Assembly: GCA_003942085.1 (NCBI GenBank) | Contig: DQIQ01000004.1 | Coordinates: 1-63,144 of the forward strand | Length of the DNA: 63,144 bases | Direction: 5' to 3' | Origin: Thermoplasmata archaeon | GTDB lineage: Archaea > Thermoplasmatota > E2 > DHVEG-1 | Part shown: positions 52,694 through 63,144 of the stretch, one piece after another | Layout: each line of letters begins with the position of its first letter | How positions within the stretch are numbered: the first letter of the stretch is position 1 | Made by a program: the position numbers and the translations under genes | The notes under the pieces: model-generated | Databases searched by the model: none | What the model saw: the letters and a program-made list of their open reading frames with translations, nothing else | Told to the model about the DNA's origin: nothing

Positions 52694-54316
52694 ATGTCGT
52701 TGATTGCAAGAAAATCACTTCTCATTACTGTCTCAAAAGTCATTGCTCAATTCGTTGGTTGGATAGGTTTAGCGGTATTGGCAAAACTCTGGGGAGGGTT
52801 TGCACCAGAAGCCATTGGAATCATCGGTTTTGCAATGTCATTCATCGCTATGTTTGACCTCATAGCAGACCTCGGGTTTTATCAGGCTCATATAAAAAAA
52901 GTGTCTGAAGGAAAAGACCTGGGGACCTGCATTGGCACCTTTGCAGCGATTAAAATATTATTGACCTCCTTGATGGTCGGAGTGGTTCTGTTATCTATTT
53001 TCATCTGGAAAAACGTATTTCATAACGAGTTCTATGATGCGACGACTGAATCAGTTGTTTTCGTCATGCTCATATATTTTGTTCTTGCAGACCTTACACA
53101 AATAGCAACAGTGACCTTTGAGGCAAAAAAAGAAATCGCAAAACGAGAACTCACCTACATCTTTGAATCAATAAAAACACCAATGATGATCCTCGTCGCA
53201 GTTGCAGGAGTCGGAACCTTGGCTACCATCCAACCTGCTATCCAATGGCCTGATTTCCTCGGTCCGCTTCAGAAATTCCTTGCGAGCCACGCGGTTGGAT
53301 CTCTCGCTATGACCTATGTGTTTGCGATTCTCGCATCATTTGTTGTCGGTCTCTGGTTATTAAGAAAATATCCGATTAAAAAACCCAGATGGGGGCTAGG
53401 AAAAGAGTACACAGCCTTTGCTCTACCGATTATGTTAATTTCGGTTATCGGTGTTATTTCTGTGAATATAGATAAGATTATGCTTGGATTTTTTTGGACA
53501 TCCACAGAAGTTGGTTACTTTTTTTCGATGCAGCAGATCATGCAGATGTTAATGATTCTTCATGTCGCTGTTGGAACAGTTCTGTTTCCAACGTTTTCAG
53601 AGTACCATACAAAAAATGATTTTCAGAAAATCATGGAAGCAGTATGTATGTCAGAACGATACATCTCTATGGTGATGGTACCACCCGTTGTCGTCTTTAT
53701 CGTGTTTGCTAATCCGGTCATTGGTACTGTTTTAAGCAATGCGTTTTACCCGGCAGCATCCACCCTCATTGTTCTTTCAATCTACGTTTACATTTTAAGT
53801 TTGACGAGGCCCTGCTTTGCGTTGACGAGTGGGATTAATAAACCGATTATCGGAGCAAAAATCGGATCTGTCATGTGCATAATCAATATAGTATTAAATT
53901 TCTTGCTTATACCAAAAGATGGATTACTTTCATCGTTTGGTATCAACGGTCCACTTGGTGCTGCTGTTGCCACGGTCACTGCGGGCTTTGTGGGGTTTTT
54001 TTGGTTTAAGTTTACCGTAAAAAAATTGATTGGCGTAAAGATGGTATATAGTCATATCCCACGTCATATTATCGCAGGTTTTGTGATGGCTCTAGCCTTG
54101 TATTTTTTGAGCTATTCCATTCTAACGATTCGATGGTATCTGCTTATTGTCTTCGCGTTCATAGGGTTAGCTGTCTATCTTGGGGTTTTATACGTTTTGA
54201 AAGAATTTAATAAAAAGGACCTAACCTTCTTCCTCAATCTGTTACAACCAAAAGAAATGTTGAATTATATTAAATCAGAATTAAAAGAGGAAAAAGAAAG
54301 CTTGGAAAAAAAATAG
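52694..54316 (+). CDS. oligosaccharide flippase (Wzx / MOP superfamily polysaccharide biosynthesis protein)
   Basis: 540 aa with ~12-14 TM helices and a charged C-terminal tail. Confidence 0.7.
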   Translation: MSLIARKSLLITVSKVIAQFVGWIGLAVLAKLWGGFAPEAIGIIGFAMSFIAMFDLIADLGFYQAHIKKVSEGKDLGTCIGTFAAIKILLTSLMVGVVLLSIFIWKNVFHNEFYDATTESVVFVMLIYFVLADLTQIATVTFEAKKEIAKRELTYIFESIKTPMMILVAVAGVGTLATIQPAIQWPDFLGPLQKFLASHAVGSLAMTYVFAILASFVVGLWLLRKYPIKKPRWGLGKEYTAFALPIMLISVIGVISVNIDKIMLGFFWTSTEVGYFFSMQQIMQMLMILHVAVGTVLFPTFSEYHTKNDFQKIMEAVCMSERYISMVMVPPVVVFIVFANPVIGTVLSNAFYPAASTLIVLSIYVYILSLTRPCFALTSGINKPIIGAKIGSVMCIINIVLNFLLIPKDGLLSSFGINGPLGAAVATVTAGFVGFFWFKFTVKKLIGVKMVYSHIPRHIIAGFVMALALYFLSYSILTIRWYLLIVFAFIGLAVYLGVLYVLKEFNKKDLTFFLNLLQPKEMLNYIKSELKEEKESLEKK

Positions 54317-54460
54317 ACGAGATGTGTTTATCAGACCATCTTTTTACTTCCTCTTTGGGATTTAGCATAATTAAATGATTGGTTTTTTCGTATTTCATAT
54401 CGGATTAAGATGGTGGTCATATAAAGCTGTAATGTTAATTTTTCTATTTTATTATTGAAT

Positions 54461-55195
54461 TTATTTTTTTATCTCCATCACACAGAGATACTTTCGTTTG
54501 TTCCATTTTGGTTTTTTTTCTTTGAAATAATTTAATTCTTTTTCTGATTGGACCCATAAACCTTCGACAAGTTCCTTCATGAAAAACAAATGAACAGATG
54601 AAGCGATAAAATGTTTAAATTCCTCCGCATAGAGACTTTTTGATATTTCATCATTTCTTTGTCCAAGGGGGAATGTGAGAATGAACAATCCGTTTTTTTC
54701 AAGAAGATCATTGATCACCCGGTTTATATTACGAAATGCATAGGATGAATACTGTTTTTCTAAAAGGCCCGTAGGTTTCACATAATCTGGATTATCGCCC
54801 CCATCTGAATCCATATGTTCAAACGTGGAGATAGAATAAATGAAGTCATAACGATGTTTTGTTTTGAATGTGTAGATGTCTTCGTTAAAGACATCATAAG
54901 CTTTTTCGTATTTATCAACTGTATCTTTTTCTTTGAAATCTCGAAATGTGTCATAGTAATGTTTTGTGACATTTCCTATCTCTAATGTGCGTTCATGAGG
55001 ATATGAATCTATATAATAACGGATGACTGGAATTTCTATGGTTCTTACCTTTCTCCAAAAACAATTATAGGAATGGAAAAAATATTTTAAGGGAACGTTC
55101 TTGAATTTGAAAGTTCTCTTTTTAAAAGGTCTTCTCACGGCGGCTTCAATAAGTTTAAACATCATATTTTTCGACGATCCTTTCGACTTTTTCAT
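54461..55195 (-). CDS. hypothetical protein, possibly class I methyltransferase fold
   Basis: 244 aa with LEIGN..., DFIYSISTFEHMD and GLFILTFP, loosely resembling SAM-MT motifs I, II and III. Confidence 0.35.
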   Translation of the reverse strand: MKKSKGSSKNMMFKLIEAAVRRPFKKRTFKFKNVPLKYFFHSYNCFWRKVRTIEIPVIRYYIDSYPHERTLEIGNVTKHYYDTFRDFKEKDTVDKYEKAYDVFNEDIYTFKTKHRYDFIYSISTFEHMDSDGGDNPDYVKPTGLLEKQYSSYAFRNINRVINDLLEKNGLFILTFPLGQRNDEISKSLYAEEFKHFIASSVHLFFMKELVEGLWVQSEKELNYFKEKKPKWNKRKYLCVMEIKK

Positions 55196-56129
55196 CGATT
55201 TTGTTTGTTATCATTTTATAGAAGCCATATAACATTCGAGGTATTTTTGCTTTAATGTATTTTGCTCGTTTCCAATGATGTAATGCCTCAAGCCATTTTG
55301 GATTTGTTGATTCTATCCATTTTTTATCAAGACGAGATACCATGAGAAATGTATGATCTGTACAGAAATATGAGCTAATCTCAGGATCAATATATTTCAC
55401 AATTGCTTTTGCAGTGATTTCCATTCTTGTATCCATATTTTTTTTATCATATATTTTTAGATCAGGTTTTTTAAAAACCAATGCGGTTCCTTTCTTTTTT
55501 TGATCAGAGGTATATCGTTCTCCTTCAGTCATGTAACAAGTATGATATGTTGTAGAAACCGTCCCATAAGTATATCCATTTTTTTCAACAACATCCCTAA
55601 GAATAACATCGATAATTCTCCAAGCATAATCATTATCTACATGATAGTTTTTCACTGCATCTTTGCGAATAATCCAAGGACCACCTAAAGGTCGTTTTTT
55701 AAGGTTTGTGGTTGTAGGATCTTCTCGTTCAAACTCATAATGAACAATCCGTTTACTTCCAAAGTAATCGTATTTATCCTTGCATTTTATCATTTCATTA
55801 TACCAACCTTTAGTTGGGATTTTCGCGCAATCAATAAATACGAACCAAGGGGTGGAAACACGTTTGATAAGCATTTCCCAACATTTTCCTAAAGTTAAAT
55901 CTGGAAAAATTTCAATGCTCACACGAGGATATGTCTTTAAAATATCTATTGTTTTATCTTTTGAACCACCATCGATAACAAACAGTTGTCTAATAGGCAC
56001 TTCTTCAAACATTGTGTCGAGCGTTTTTTCTAGGTATTTTTCTGCATCTAATGTCATCATGATCGCATCAACTGATTCTGTATTTGGATCTTCTTTCAAT
56101 CGATCAATATTTTTATAGCTACCCAACAT
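55155..56129 (-). CDS. family 2 glycosyltransferase
   Basis: N-terminal VDAIMMTLDAEKYLEKTL...VIDGGSKDKT pattern. 1-nt TAATG overlap with the upstream gene. Confidence 0.7.
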   Translation of the reverse strand: MLGSYKNIDRLKEDPNTESVDAIMMTLDAEKYLEKTLDTMFEEVPIRQLFVIDGGSKDKTIDILKTYPRVSIEIFPDLTLGKCWEMLIKRVSTPWFVFIDCAKIPTKGWYNEMIKCKDKYDYFGSKRIVHYEFEREDPTTTNLKKRPLGGPWIIRKDAVKNYHVDNDYAWRIIDVILRDVVEKNGYTYGTVSTTYHTCYMTEGERYTSDQKKKGTALVFKKPDLKIYDKKNMDTRMEITAKAIVKYIDPEISSYFCTDHTFLMVSRLDKKWIESTNPKWLEALHHWKRAKYIKAKIPRMLYGFYKMITNKIDEKVERIVEKYDV

Positions 56130-57178
56130 TATATAATTCCCTCCATTTTTAAATCAGCATCAACCATTTTTTGTATAAGAGTTTTAAAATCGGTTTTTGG
56201 TTTCCATTTAAGGATTTTTTGTGCTTTTGATGAATCCCCAATTAGTGACATTTTTTCTTTTAATTTATATAATTCAGGCGAACAATAAATTAGTGTTTTG
56301 TTGGTTTTTTTCTCGATACCTCGTTCATTGAGATCTTTCCCTATCCATTCTAACGAAATTCCTGCATGACTAAATGCATAAAAAATATATTCACGTATTG
56401 TATGTCCAGTACCAGTTGCAACTATGAAATCATCAGGGCGTTTTGACTGAAGCATCATCCACATTGCTTCGACATAATCTGGTGCATATCCCCAATCTCG
56501 AACCGAATCAAGATTACCTACCATGAGTTTTTCTTGCTTCCCAGACAATATTTTCGCTACTCCACGAGTTATTTTCCGTGTAATAAAATTTTTCCCCCGT
56601 CGCGGGGATTCATGGTTATACAGAATACCATTCCATATTTTCATCCCATATTTTTCACGATAATATATTGCACAATAATACGCAAATAGTTTTGCGATTG
56701 CGTAAGGAGAATCTGGATTAAATTTTGTATATTCATTTTGCGGGCATTGTGATGGAGACGACCCAAATAACTCCCGAGATGATGCGTTAAAAATTTTTGC
56801 ATCACATTTTGAGTCATGGACTGCTGAAAATACTCGTAATGAACCTAAGGCATTTACATCAGCTGTTTCTAAAGGTGACACGAAGGAAATTTGTCTATCA
56901 GATTGTGCAGCAAGATGATACACTTCATCTGGTTGAATTTCTTGGAGTATTTTAATAAGTGAAGGGTAATCACAAATATCTCCATAATGAATCGTAACTT
57001 GATTGACATCATAATGCTCGTCGAGAGAAAGCACTTGAAAATGAGAGGTTGCTGATGTCACAGATTTTTGGACGAGCCCATGAACCTCATACTTTTTATT
57101 TAGAAGTAATTCGGTAAGATATGAACCATCCTGACCAGTTATTCCAGTGATGAACGCTTTTTTCATGGAGTTATCCAA
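56129..57178 (-). CDS. GDP-mannose 4,6-dehydratase-like SDR (divergent paralog)
   Basis: [24 protein letters not shown] and NHESPRRG motifs. The catalytic block reads ASSRELFG instead of ASTSELFG, and AAQSDR instead of AAQSHV. Confidence 0.65.
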   Translation of the reverse strand: MDNSMKKAFITGITGQDGSYLTELLLNKKYEVHGLVQKSVTSATSHFQVLSLDEHYDVNQVTIHYGDICDYPSLIKILQEIQPDEVYHLAAQSDRQISFVSPLETADVNALGSLRVFSAVHDSKCDAKIFNASSRELFGSSPSQCPQNEYTKFNPDSPYAIAKLFAYYCAIYYREKYGMKIWNGILYNHESPRRGKNFITRKITRGVAKILSGKQEKLMVGNLDSVRDWGYAPDYVEAMWMMLQSKRPDDFIVATGTGHTIREYIFYAFSHAGISLEWIGKDLNERGIEKKTNKTLIYCSPELYKLKEKMSLIGDSSKAQKILKWKPKTDFKTLIQKMVDADLKMEGII

Positions 57179-57336
57179 CCTTAAGGACGAAAGGACTAGA
57201 AATAATAGAAATATATAGATAACTGTCGTTTATTTTCAATAATTCTTTTAATTTTTCCCATACTCTGTGTTTTAATATTGAATCAACGACCTTATTATCT
57301 TTTTCTTTCAAGATAGAAAATATGCGTATTAATTTT

Positions 57337-58608
57337 CTATTTTACAACCGACTTTAAATCCTTTTTCACCAACTCAACCTCAGGTAATGGGAAAATAAAA
57401 CATCCTCCTTTCTCAAGATATTCTTTTTCACGCTCTAAGAACTCTTTTCTAAAATGCCATGGAAGTACAAGATAATAATCAGGGTTACACGCTCTTGAAA
57501 AATCCTCGGAGAAAATGAGGATGTGGCTCGCTGGAGTCCAATGTCCGTTTTTCAAAGGGTTTTTATCAGCGGCAAACGAAATAAGCCGATAATCAATACC
57601 GCAAAACTGAAGGAGTACATTTCCTTTGGTAGACGCACCATATAAGTGTACTGTTTTTCCTTTCTTTTTTTCTTTGCATAAAAAGGTATACAATATTTCA
57701 CGTATTTTCGATATACGATCATTGAAATCCTTAAAAGGCTTTACAGAATCAAACCCTTGTTTTTTTTCCTCATTTAAAATCTTAGTCACTTTATCAGTAC
57801 CATCAGGGTATTTTGCGTTTTTATGACAGACAGAGAGTTTGAAACTACCGCCGTTGATGTCATTGAATGCAACATCAAAAACTCTCAGGTCATTTCGTTC
57901 CATCATCCATACGATTTGTTTCAATGTATAATATTCCAGGTGTTCATGACAAATAGTATCAAATGCGTTCATTTTAATCATCGTTGGCATATAGGACTGT
58001 TCTAACACCCAGATACCGTCTGGGTGAAGTATCTCTTTTATCTCAGAGACGAACGACATGGGGTTTTCGAGATCATAAAACATAGCAATAGAGGTAATAA
58101 TCTTTGCTTTACCGGTAGGGTGCACTTTATCAAAAGCTCGTTTGGAAAAAAAATCAGTGACTAAAACAATATTATTTGGGTAATGAATCTTGAATTGCTC
58201 CCCACCAGGGTCTATTCCAATCAGTTTCATTTCTTTTACAGTATATGATTTTAATAACGTTCCATCGTTGCTTCCTATATCAAGAACGATATCATCTTCC
58301 TGCAAGTGAGCAAGCTGCTGAGCATCCAACGCAATTTCTTTTAAATGATTACTCATCGTCTGATTCAATCCAGATAAATATCCATAACTTGTTCCATACA
58401 TTTCACACAGAGGAACGCTATGTGCTAATTGGAGCAGCCCACAAGCATTCTCCCCATTGCATTTCACAAGTTCAAGCGGTGCAGACGGAGGATCATTTGT
58501 CCCAACAACAGGGAAGCGCCCTGATAATGCTTGAATTCCAAGGTTAATAACAGGAATTAAATCGGTATTTTTACATATACGGCAGTGAGTTATTTCATTA
58601 ATTGCCAT
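57337..58608 (-). CDS. NDP-hexose C-methyltransferase (Zn-binding N-domain + class I MT + C-MT C-domain)
   Basis: [26 protein letters not shown]-terminal motif and VLDIGSNDG motif I. The ATG at 58608 is preferred, giving an 11-nt overlap with the upstream gmd. Confidence 0.7.
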   Translation of the reverse strand: MAINEITHCRICKNTDLIPVINLGIQALSGRFPVVGTNDPPSAPLELVKCNGENACGLLQLAHSVPLCEMYGTSYGYLSGLNQTMSNHLKEIALDAQQLAHLQEDDIVLDIGSNDGTLLKSYTVKEMKLIGIDPGGEQFKIHYPNNIVLVTDFFSKRAFDKVHPTGKAKIITSIAMFYDLENPMSFVSEIKEILHPDGIWVLEQSYMPTMIKMNAFDTICHEHLEYYTLKQIVWMMERNDLRVFDVAFNDINGGSFKLSVCHKNAKYPDGTDKVTKILNEEKKQGFDSVKPFKDFNDRISKIREILYTFLCKEKKKGKTVHLYGASTKGNVLLQFCGIDYRLISFAADKNPLKNGHWTPASHILIFSEDFSRACNPDYYLVLPWHFRKEFLEREKEYLEKGGCFIFPLPEVELVKKDLKSVVK

Positions 58609-59647
58609 GCATTTTAACTCCTTCTTTTTGAAGGTCGGCGTGGACCATGATCTTGACGAGCTCTTCAAAACATACTTTCGGTTTCCATCCAAGAACAGTC
58701 CTTGCTTTTGTAGAATCCCCTCGTAGATAGTCGACTTCAGCTGGTCTGAAGTAATGAGGTGATACTTCGATATAGACGCGTTTTTTACTCGAATCGATCC
58801 CAACTTCATTAACACCTTTTCCGCTCCATTCTATCGATATCCCTACTTCTTTAAATGCATGTTCTATGAATTCTCGAACACTATGCGTTTCGCCGGTTGC
58901 GATGACAAAATCATCAGGTTTTTTTTGTTGTAGCATCATCCACATTGCTTCGACATAATCTGGTGCGTATCCCCAGTCACGCATCGCATTCATATTTCCC
59001 ATGTACAGTTTTTCTTGTTTTCCGGCAAGGATTTTTGCAATACTCATAGTTATTTTTCTTGTGACGAAATTTTCCCCTCGGCGAGGAGATTCATGGTTGA
59101 ATAAAATACCGTTCCATATTTTCATGTGGTAAGCTTCGCGGTAGTTGACTGCTATCCAATGTGCATATAATTTTGCAGCAGCATAGGGGGACTTTGCATA
59201 AAAATGAGTGTCTTCATTTTGTTTCTCAGGGGATGAGCCAAATAATTCGCTTGTGGAAGCATTATATATTTTTGTATTTTCGATAAGATTTGTTGAACGA
59301 ATTCCTTCTAACAATCGTAATGTTCCTATTGCATCAGCATCAGCACTGTACACCGGTACTTCAAAGGAGACATGTACATGCGATTGTGCTGCAAGATGGT
59401 AAACTTCATCTGGTTCAACTTCTTTTAAAATATGTAGAAGACTTGTCGCATCGGTCATGTCTCCATAATGCAGAAGTAACCCTTTTTTCTGGTCTTCATG
59501 ATATTTATGGAGGTGTTCTATTCGTTCCCTGTTAAATGTACTTGCTCTTCGTATCAATCCATGCACTTCGTATCCTTTGCTCAGAAGCAGTTCCGCTAAA
59601 TAGGAACCATCTTGACCTGTGACTCCGGTAATAAATGCTTTTTTCAT
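58598..59647 (-). CDS. gmd: GDP-mannose 4,6-dehydratase
   Basis: [37 protein letters not shown] and [17 protein letters not shown] are the canonical Gmd motifs. Confidence 0.85.
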   Translation of the reverse strand: MKKAFITGVTGQDGSYLAELLLSKGYEVHGLIRRASTFNRERIEHLHKYHEDQKKGLLLHYGDMTDATSLLHILKEVEPDEVYHLAAQSHVHVSFEVPVYSADADAIGTLRLLEGIRSTNLIENTKIYNASTSELFGSSPEKQNEDTHFYAKSPYAAAKLYAHWIAVNYREAYHMKIWNGILFNHESPRRGENFVTRKITMSIAKILAGKQEKLYMGNMNAMRDWGYAPDYVEAMWMMLQQKKPDDFVIATGETHSVREFIEHAFKEVGISIEWSGKGVNEVGIDSSKKRVYIEVSPHYFRPAEVDYLRGDSTKARTVLGWKPKVCFEELVKIMVHADLQKEGVKMHGN

Positions 59648-59918
59648 GATTCACCCTTTAAAATTCCTCAATACAAAGATGTTCATAAACCTTATTCCTA
59701 TATTTTATATGAATACTCCTAATTATCGTCTCCGTCTCATATTAACACTCGATATAATCCAGATGAACAATAGGACTTAAAAACTGCATGTTTCAAGCTA
59801 CGAACACGATTCCCTTTGATATTTTCTCAACAGTAACTCGGTAACCACCCAAAACAGTAAGGAACTTTCACTAACAATCCGCCTTTACTACCATTTACAT
59901 ACCTTTTAATCGGCATAG

Positions 59919-60986
59919 TTATTGAAAAAGTAGTTTCTTGATTTCTTCTTTTGAAACCGGTTTGAGGTCTCGTGATGAATAACGATCAACAGAACAATGT
60001 CGCGCAGTTGGATAATCCGATACCGTGTAGCTGATGCTGGGCATTTCTAACTGCGGAGGGATGATCAGCATATCATCGGTTTCAAATCCTACGGATGCTT
60101 CTGATTCGGTCATCAGTTCTTCGAACATTTTTTCACCTGGACGCAGTCCGATGATTCTTTTTTCAATACTTTCTTTTTTATAATGATATTTTTCCGCGTA
60201 CGTTTCAATGATGACGTCTACAAGATCACCAAGTCTGACGACAGGCATTTTTAGGATGAAGACTTCTCCCCCTTTTGCCATGAGCGTTGCTTTGAACACC
60301 AATTCAATAGTATCTGACACAGACATCATGAATCTGGTCATTTCCGGGTTTGTTATGGTTATCGGTCTTTTTTGTCGAATCTGTTCTTCAAAAAGAGGAA
60401 TGACCGACCCTCGTGAGAATGAGACATTGCCGAAACGAACTGAGGAGAAAATCGTTGGTTTTGATCCTTTTCCTTCATTCGCATCGATGATGAGTTTTTC
60501 TGCAAGAAGTTTTGTCGCACCCATGGTATTTACTGGATTGACTGCCTTGTCAGTGCTGATGCTGATAACGCGATCTACCCCTGACTCAAGTGCAGCTTCG
60601 ATGACATTTCGTGTACCAAGGACATTGGTCTTAATCGCCTCAAAGGGATTATATTCACAGAGAGGCACATGCTTCAGTGCTGCTGCATGATACACAATAT
60701 CAATATCTTCCATAGCAAGAAGGACACGTTCTTTATCACGGATATCCCCTATTAAAAATCGTTTATTAGGGATCTCATGGATCATTTTTACCCCAGTATC
60801 GTCTGTCTCATTGATCATCTGGAAGGTGGCGTTTTCATCATTACTGAATATTCGTACAACCTCTGGTTTAAATTTCAGCACGCTTCGTACGATTTCACTG
60901 CCGATGCAGCCAGTGCCACCGGTCACTAAGATTTTTTTTCCTCGAAAGATGTTTTCTAACTGTTTTTGCATCATGATCATCAACAT
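59919..60986 (-). CDS. CapD/PseB-like NDP-sugar 4,6-dehydratase (polysaccharide biosynthesis protein)
   Basis: KKILVTGGTGCIGSEIVR, HAAALKHVP and STDKAVNPVNTMGATK motifs. Confidence 0.7.
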   Translation of the reverse strand: MLMIMMQKQLENIFRGKKILVTGGTGCIGSEIVRSVLKFKPEVVRIFSNDENATFQMINETDDTGVKMIHEIPNKRFLIGDIRDKERVLLAMEDIDIVYHAAALKHVPLCEYNPFEAIKTNVLGTRNVIEAALESGVDRVISISTDKAVNPVNTMGATKLLAEKLIIDANEGKGSKPTIFSSVRFGNVSFSRGSVIPLFEEQIRQKRPITITNPEMTRFMMSVSDTIELVFKATLMAKGGEVFILKMPVVRLGDLVDVIIETYAEKYHYKKESIEKRIIGLRPGEKMFEELMTESEASVGFETDDMLIIPPQLEMPSISYTVSDYPTARHCSVDRYSSRDLKPVSKEEIKKLLFQ

Positions 60987-62125
60987 CCTTTTTCGATCTC
61001 ATGGAGAATATAATCCATTTCTTTTTTTGTTAAGGAGGGATAGAGAGGAAGGGTAAGAACTTTTTCAGCTATTTCCTCAGTGACAGGTAAATCATTTTTT
61101 TTGTAGTTAAATCCTTTTGTGTAGTACGTTTTCAGATGAACCGGTTCGAAATACACTTTTGTCATAATCCCTGCCTTGGTGAGGTGCTGCTGTAGATGAT
61201 CCCTGGTTTTTTTATCAGGCAGCTCGATCGTATAGAGCTGGTAGACATGATACTCATCTTTTGATTCAGCAGGGGTTCGTATATCCTTCATCTTTGCGAG
61301 TTTTTTTGTATAGTACGCTGCTTTTTCCCTGCGCAGTTGTATGATTTTGTTGAATTTTTTAAATTGTGAAAGCACTAACGCTGCGTTGATACTTGGTAGT
61401 CTGTAATTGTAACCGGCTTGGATGTAATCTAACTCCTGAGTGGTTGCAAAGTAGCCTTCTTTGCTTTCGACACGACCATGAGAACGAATCAGATTGAGTT
61501 TTTCGGCAACGGCCCTGGAATTTGTGACTACGATGCCGCCTTCTCCTGCGGTGATGACTTTGTTTTGGCAGAAGCTGAACATCGCCGCATCACTAAATGT
61601 TCCTACCCGTTTATTATGTATTTTTGCTCCGAGTGATTCTGCGGCATCCTCGATCAGGATAAGGTGATGGTCTTTCGCGATTTCTTGTAATGCTTTGATT
61701 TCTTTACAAGGACCTCCGCCGTAATGAACAGGGATGATCGCCTTTGTTTTACTTGTGATTTTTTCTTTTACGTCCTCGGGGTCTAATGCATAGGATTGCC
61801 CCTCGATGTCAGCAAAAATAGGTGTCGCACCGGTAAGAGCTACAACGTTTGCTGTCGCGATAAAGGTAAAGGATGGTACAATGACTTCATCACCATCTCT
61901 AATATCATACGCCAGTAGTGTTGCATGGAGAGCTGAAGTGCCTGAGTTAAACGAAACCCCCTGTTTCTTTCCAATAAAACCCGCGATGGTGTCTTCCAAT
62001 GTCTGTATTTCCGGGCCCATGGTCCAGTAGCTTCCCCGTTTGATGACCGAGGTAACCGCAGCGATATCCTGTGCGTCCCAGTACATTTTGAAAAGCGGGA
62101 TTTTCCATTTCATTTTTCGATTCAT
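60980..62125 (-). CDS. DegT/DnrJ/EryC1/StrS family sugar aminotransferase
   Basis: DEVIVPSFTFIATAN and FSFCQNKVITAGEGG (PLP-Lys region). Confidence 0.85.
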   Translation of the reverse strand: MNRKMKWKIPLFKMYWDAQDIAAVTSVIKRGSYWTMGPEIQTLEDTIAGFIGKKQGVSFNSGTSALHATLLAYDIRDGDEVIVPSFTFIATANVVALTGATPIFADIEGQSYALDPEDVKEKITSKTKAIIPVHYGGGPCKEIKALQEIAKDHHLILIEDAAESLGAKIHNKRVGTFSDAAMFSFCQNKVITAGEGGIVVTNSRAVAEKLNLIRSHGRVESKEGYFATTQELDYIQAGYNYRLPSINAALVLSQFKKFNKIIQLRREKAAYYTKKLAKMKDIRTPAESKDEYHVYQLYTIELPDKKTRDHLQQHLTKAGIMTKVYFEPVHLKTYYTKGFNYKKNDLPVTEEIAEKVLTLPLYPSLTKKEMDYILHEIEKGC

Positions 62126-62246
62126 CCTTTTTATTTTATTTTGCTCATCGATGTGATATTCACCTGATGGTCAGATGGTGCCAGTATCAGGTCTGTTGGT
62201 CGTTGTATCTTTTTTTTTTTTACTTAATTTTGAGAACCATGAACAA

Positions 62247-63144
62247 TCATGGTACGACTTCGTCACCGTTTCGTAGAGCTGCTTCGACGTTTTTCCGTAA
62301 TCGCCATACACCGTCTCGTTTCTCGACGATATCTTTGTTTGCGAATTTATCCACGATCTTCCAGAAATCCTCTTCTTTGTAGTTGATGAATTTAAGAAAA
62401 TCGGTTAGCATTCTTCTGTCAAGCTTCCAATCCTCCGAAATGACTTTTTCCACGGCTTCTTTACGAGTCATCATCCCGTCCCGGATGTAGAGACTGGCGA
62501 CTTCAGTGACCCGCTGGTGGCCGAACTTCGGGAATTTGAACCATGTGTGGGTAAGATAGCCAAGAGAGTCGATTTGATCGTATTGCTCAAGGAACCCGTC
62601 TCGTTTCCATTCGCCGGTATCATCGAGTGTTTTGAACCCTCGGGTTCTTGCGAACTGCATGTTCTTATAGCCGCTCCAGGGGAGGAAGTAACTGAGGAAT
62701 ATGGGATTGAGTTTTATCTTTTTTATTTCTTTTTCAGATGGAAAAATCCCTGGGTTGACATCCTTCATGGTGATGTCTTTATCAAGCCATGTATCCCAGG
62801 GGACTGGCTTTACAACATCATTGGTGATCTGTTTCATGGCACTCGGGGTTTCTTCTGTGTTTGGCCCACCATAGAGGAAGTTCGTGTCTTCACCGTAAAT
62901 GACCAAAGGCAGGTTCAGTTTTACGGCCATCTGCAGGGGGTACGCGTAGATCGCTTTGTCAAAATACCAGGTTGGTGACCCAAGTCGCTCTAACGCTTTT
63001 TTAAACAGATTCTTACAGACTTTCGGGTTCAATGACATGACGTGGGCGTCAACGCCAAATTCAGTGCGGATGTTCTCCCAGTTATGATGACCGGTTTGTG
63101 TCCATGTGAAGTTATCGACGCTTACCAGCAAGGGGTTCATCCCA
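62247..63144 (-). CDS. N-acetyl sugar amidotransferase (WbpG-like), N-terminus beyond the window edge
   Basis: Frame is open to the window end. C-terminal blocks HQRVTEVASLYIRDGMMTRKEAVEKV resemble the WbpG/LPS-biosynthesis PP-loop amidotransferase family. Confidence 0.55.
   Translation of the reverse strand, partial: GMNPLLVSVDNFTWTQTGHHNWENIRTEFGVDAHVMSLNPKVCKNLFKKALERLGSPTWYFDKAIYAYPLQMAVKLNLPLVIYGEDTNFLYGGPNTEETPSAMKQITNDVVKPVPWDTWLDKDITMKDVNPGIFPSEKEIKKIKLNPIFLSYFLPWSGYKNMQFARTRGFKTLDDTGEWKRDGFLEQYDQIDSLGYLTHTWFKFPKFGHQRVTEVASLYIRDGMMTRKEAVEKVISEDWKLDRRMLTDFLKFINYKEEDFWKIVDKFANKDIVEKRDGVWRLRKNVEAALRNGDEVVP

Overview
This 63-kb window reads as an archaeal, probably euryarchaeal, chromosomal segment. 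Supporting signs are the archaeal-type mevalonate pathway genes (aconitase-X plus UbiD), an intron-containing tRNA-Trp carrying a box C/D guide, ribosomal protein L41e, TATA-like boxes 25-45 nt upstream of starts, and oligo-T terminators. All functional calls come from motif and family recognition by eye; no database search was run.

Gene order:
- 1-4.3 kb: GlyRS tail, then a lysine block (L-lysine 6-transaminase plus separate SDH-like and LKR-like genes of the saccharopine pathway).
- 4.4-10.1 kb: two tandem membrane-anchored beta-propeller paralogs with duplicated promoter and terminator flanks, then a NosD-like beta-helix lipoprotein.
- 10.2-12.2 kb: a conserved hypothetical, a GNAT, and an orphan Cas4-family nuclease with an inserted TM hairpin, split by a frameshift.
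- 12.3-17.6 kb: archaeal mevalonate pathway cluster (mevalonate kinase, UbiD-type decarboxylase, small LpdD-like ORF, AcnX large and small subunits), interrupted by truD.
- 17.6-21.9 kb: CrtC/AttH-like protein, then an HD / CitF / citryl-CoA-lyase-like operon.
- 22.0-32.4 kb and 35.9-40.0 kb: the most unusual region, a dense uncharacterised biosynthetic cluster. It holds a B12-radical SAM, three PaaK/F390-synthetase-like ligases, two UbiA prenyltransferases each next to a nicotianamine-synthase-like SAM enzyme, an SDR, a methyltransferase, an ornithine-carbamoyltransferase homolog with a broken ornithine motif, and a ThrC-like::CysH (PAPS reductase) fusion translationally coupled to a phosphatidylserine-decarboxylase-like gene.
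- 32.4-35.8 kb: an AT-rich islet splits that cluster. It contains tRNA-Pro, tRNA-Trp, tRNA-Lys, L41e, Lrp, SemiSWEET and a DUF5678/retropepsin pair.
- 40.0-47.7 kb: kptA, rpiA, and a lipid-handling block (polyprenol-kinase-like protein, DedA, MMPL exporter, TrmB-like regulator with tandem palindromic operators).
- 48.4-63.1 kb: a surface-glycan cluster (GlmU-like/GlmS/GlmU-like, flippase, GT2, two GDP-mannose dehydratase paralogs flanking a sugar C-methyltransferase, PseB/PseC-like genes, WbpG-like amidotransferase).

No rRNA, CRISPR array, transposase or integrase was seen.
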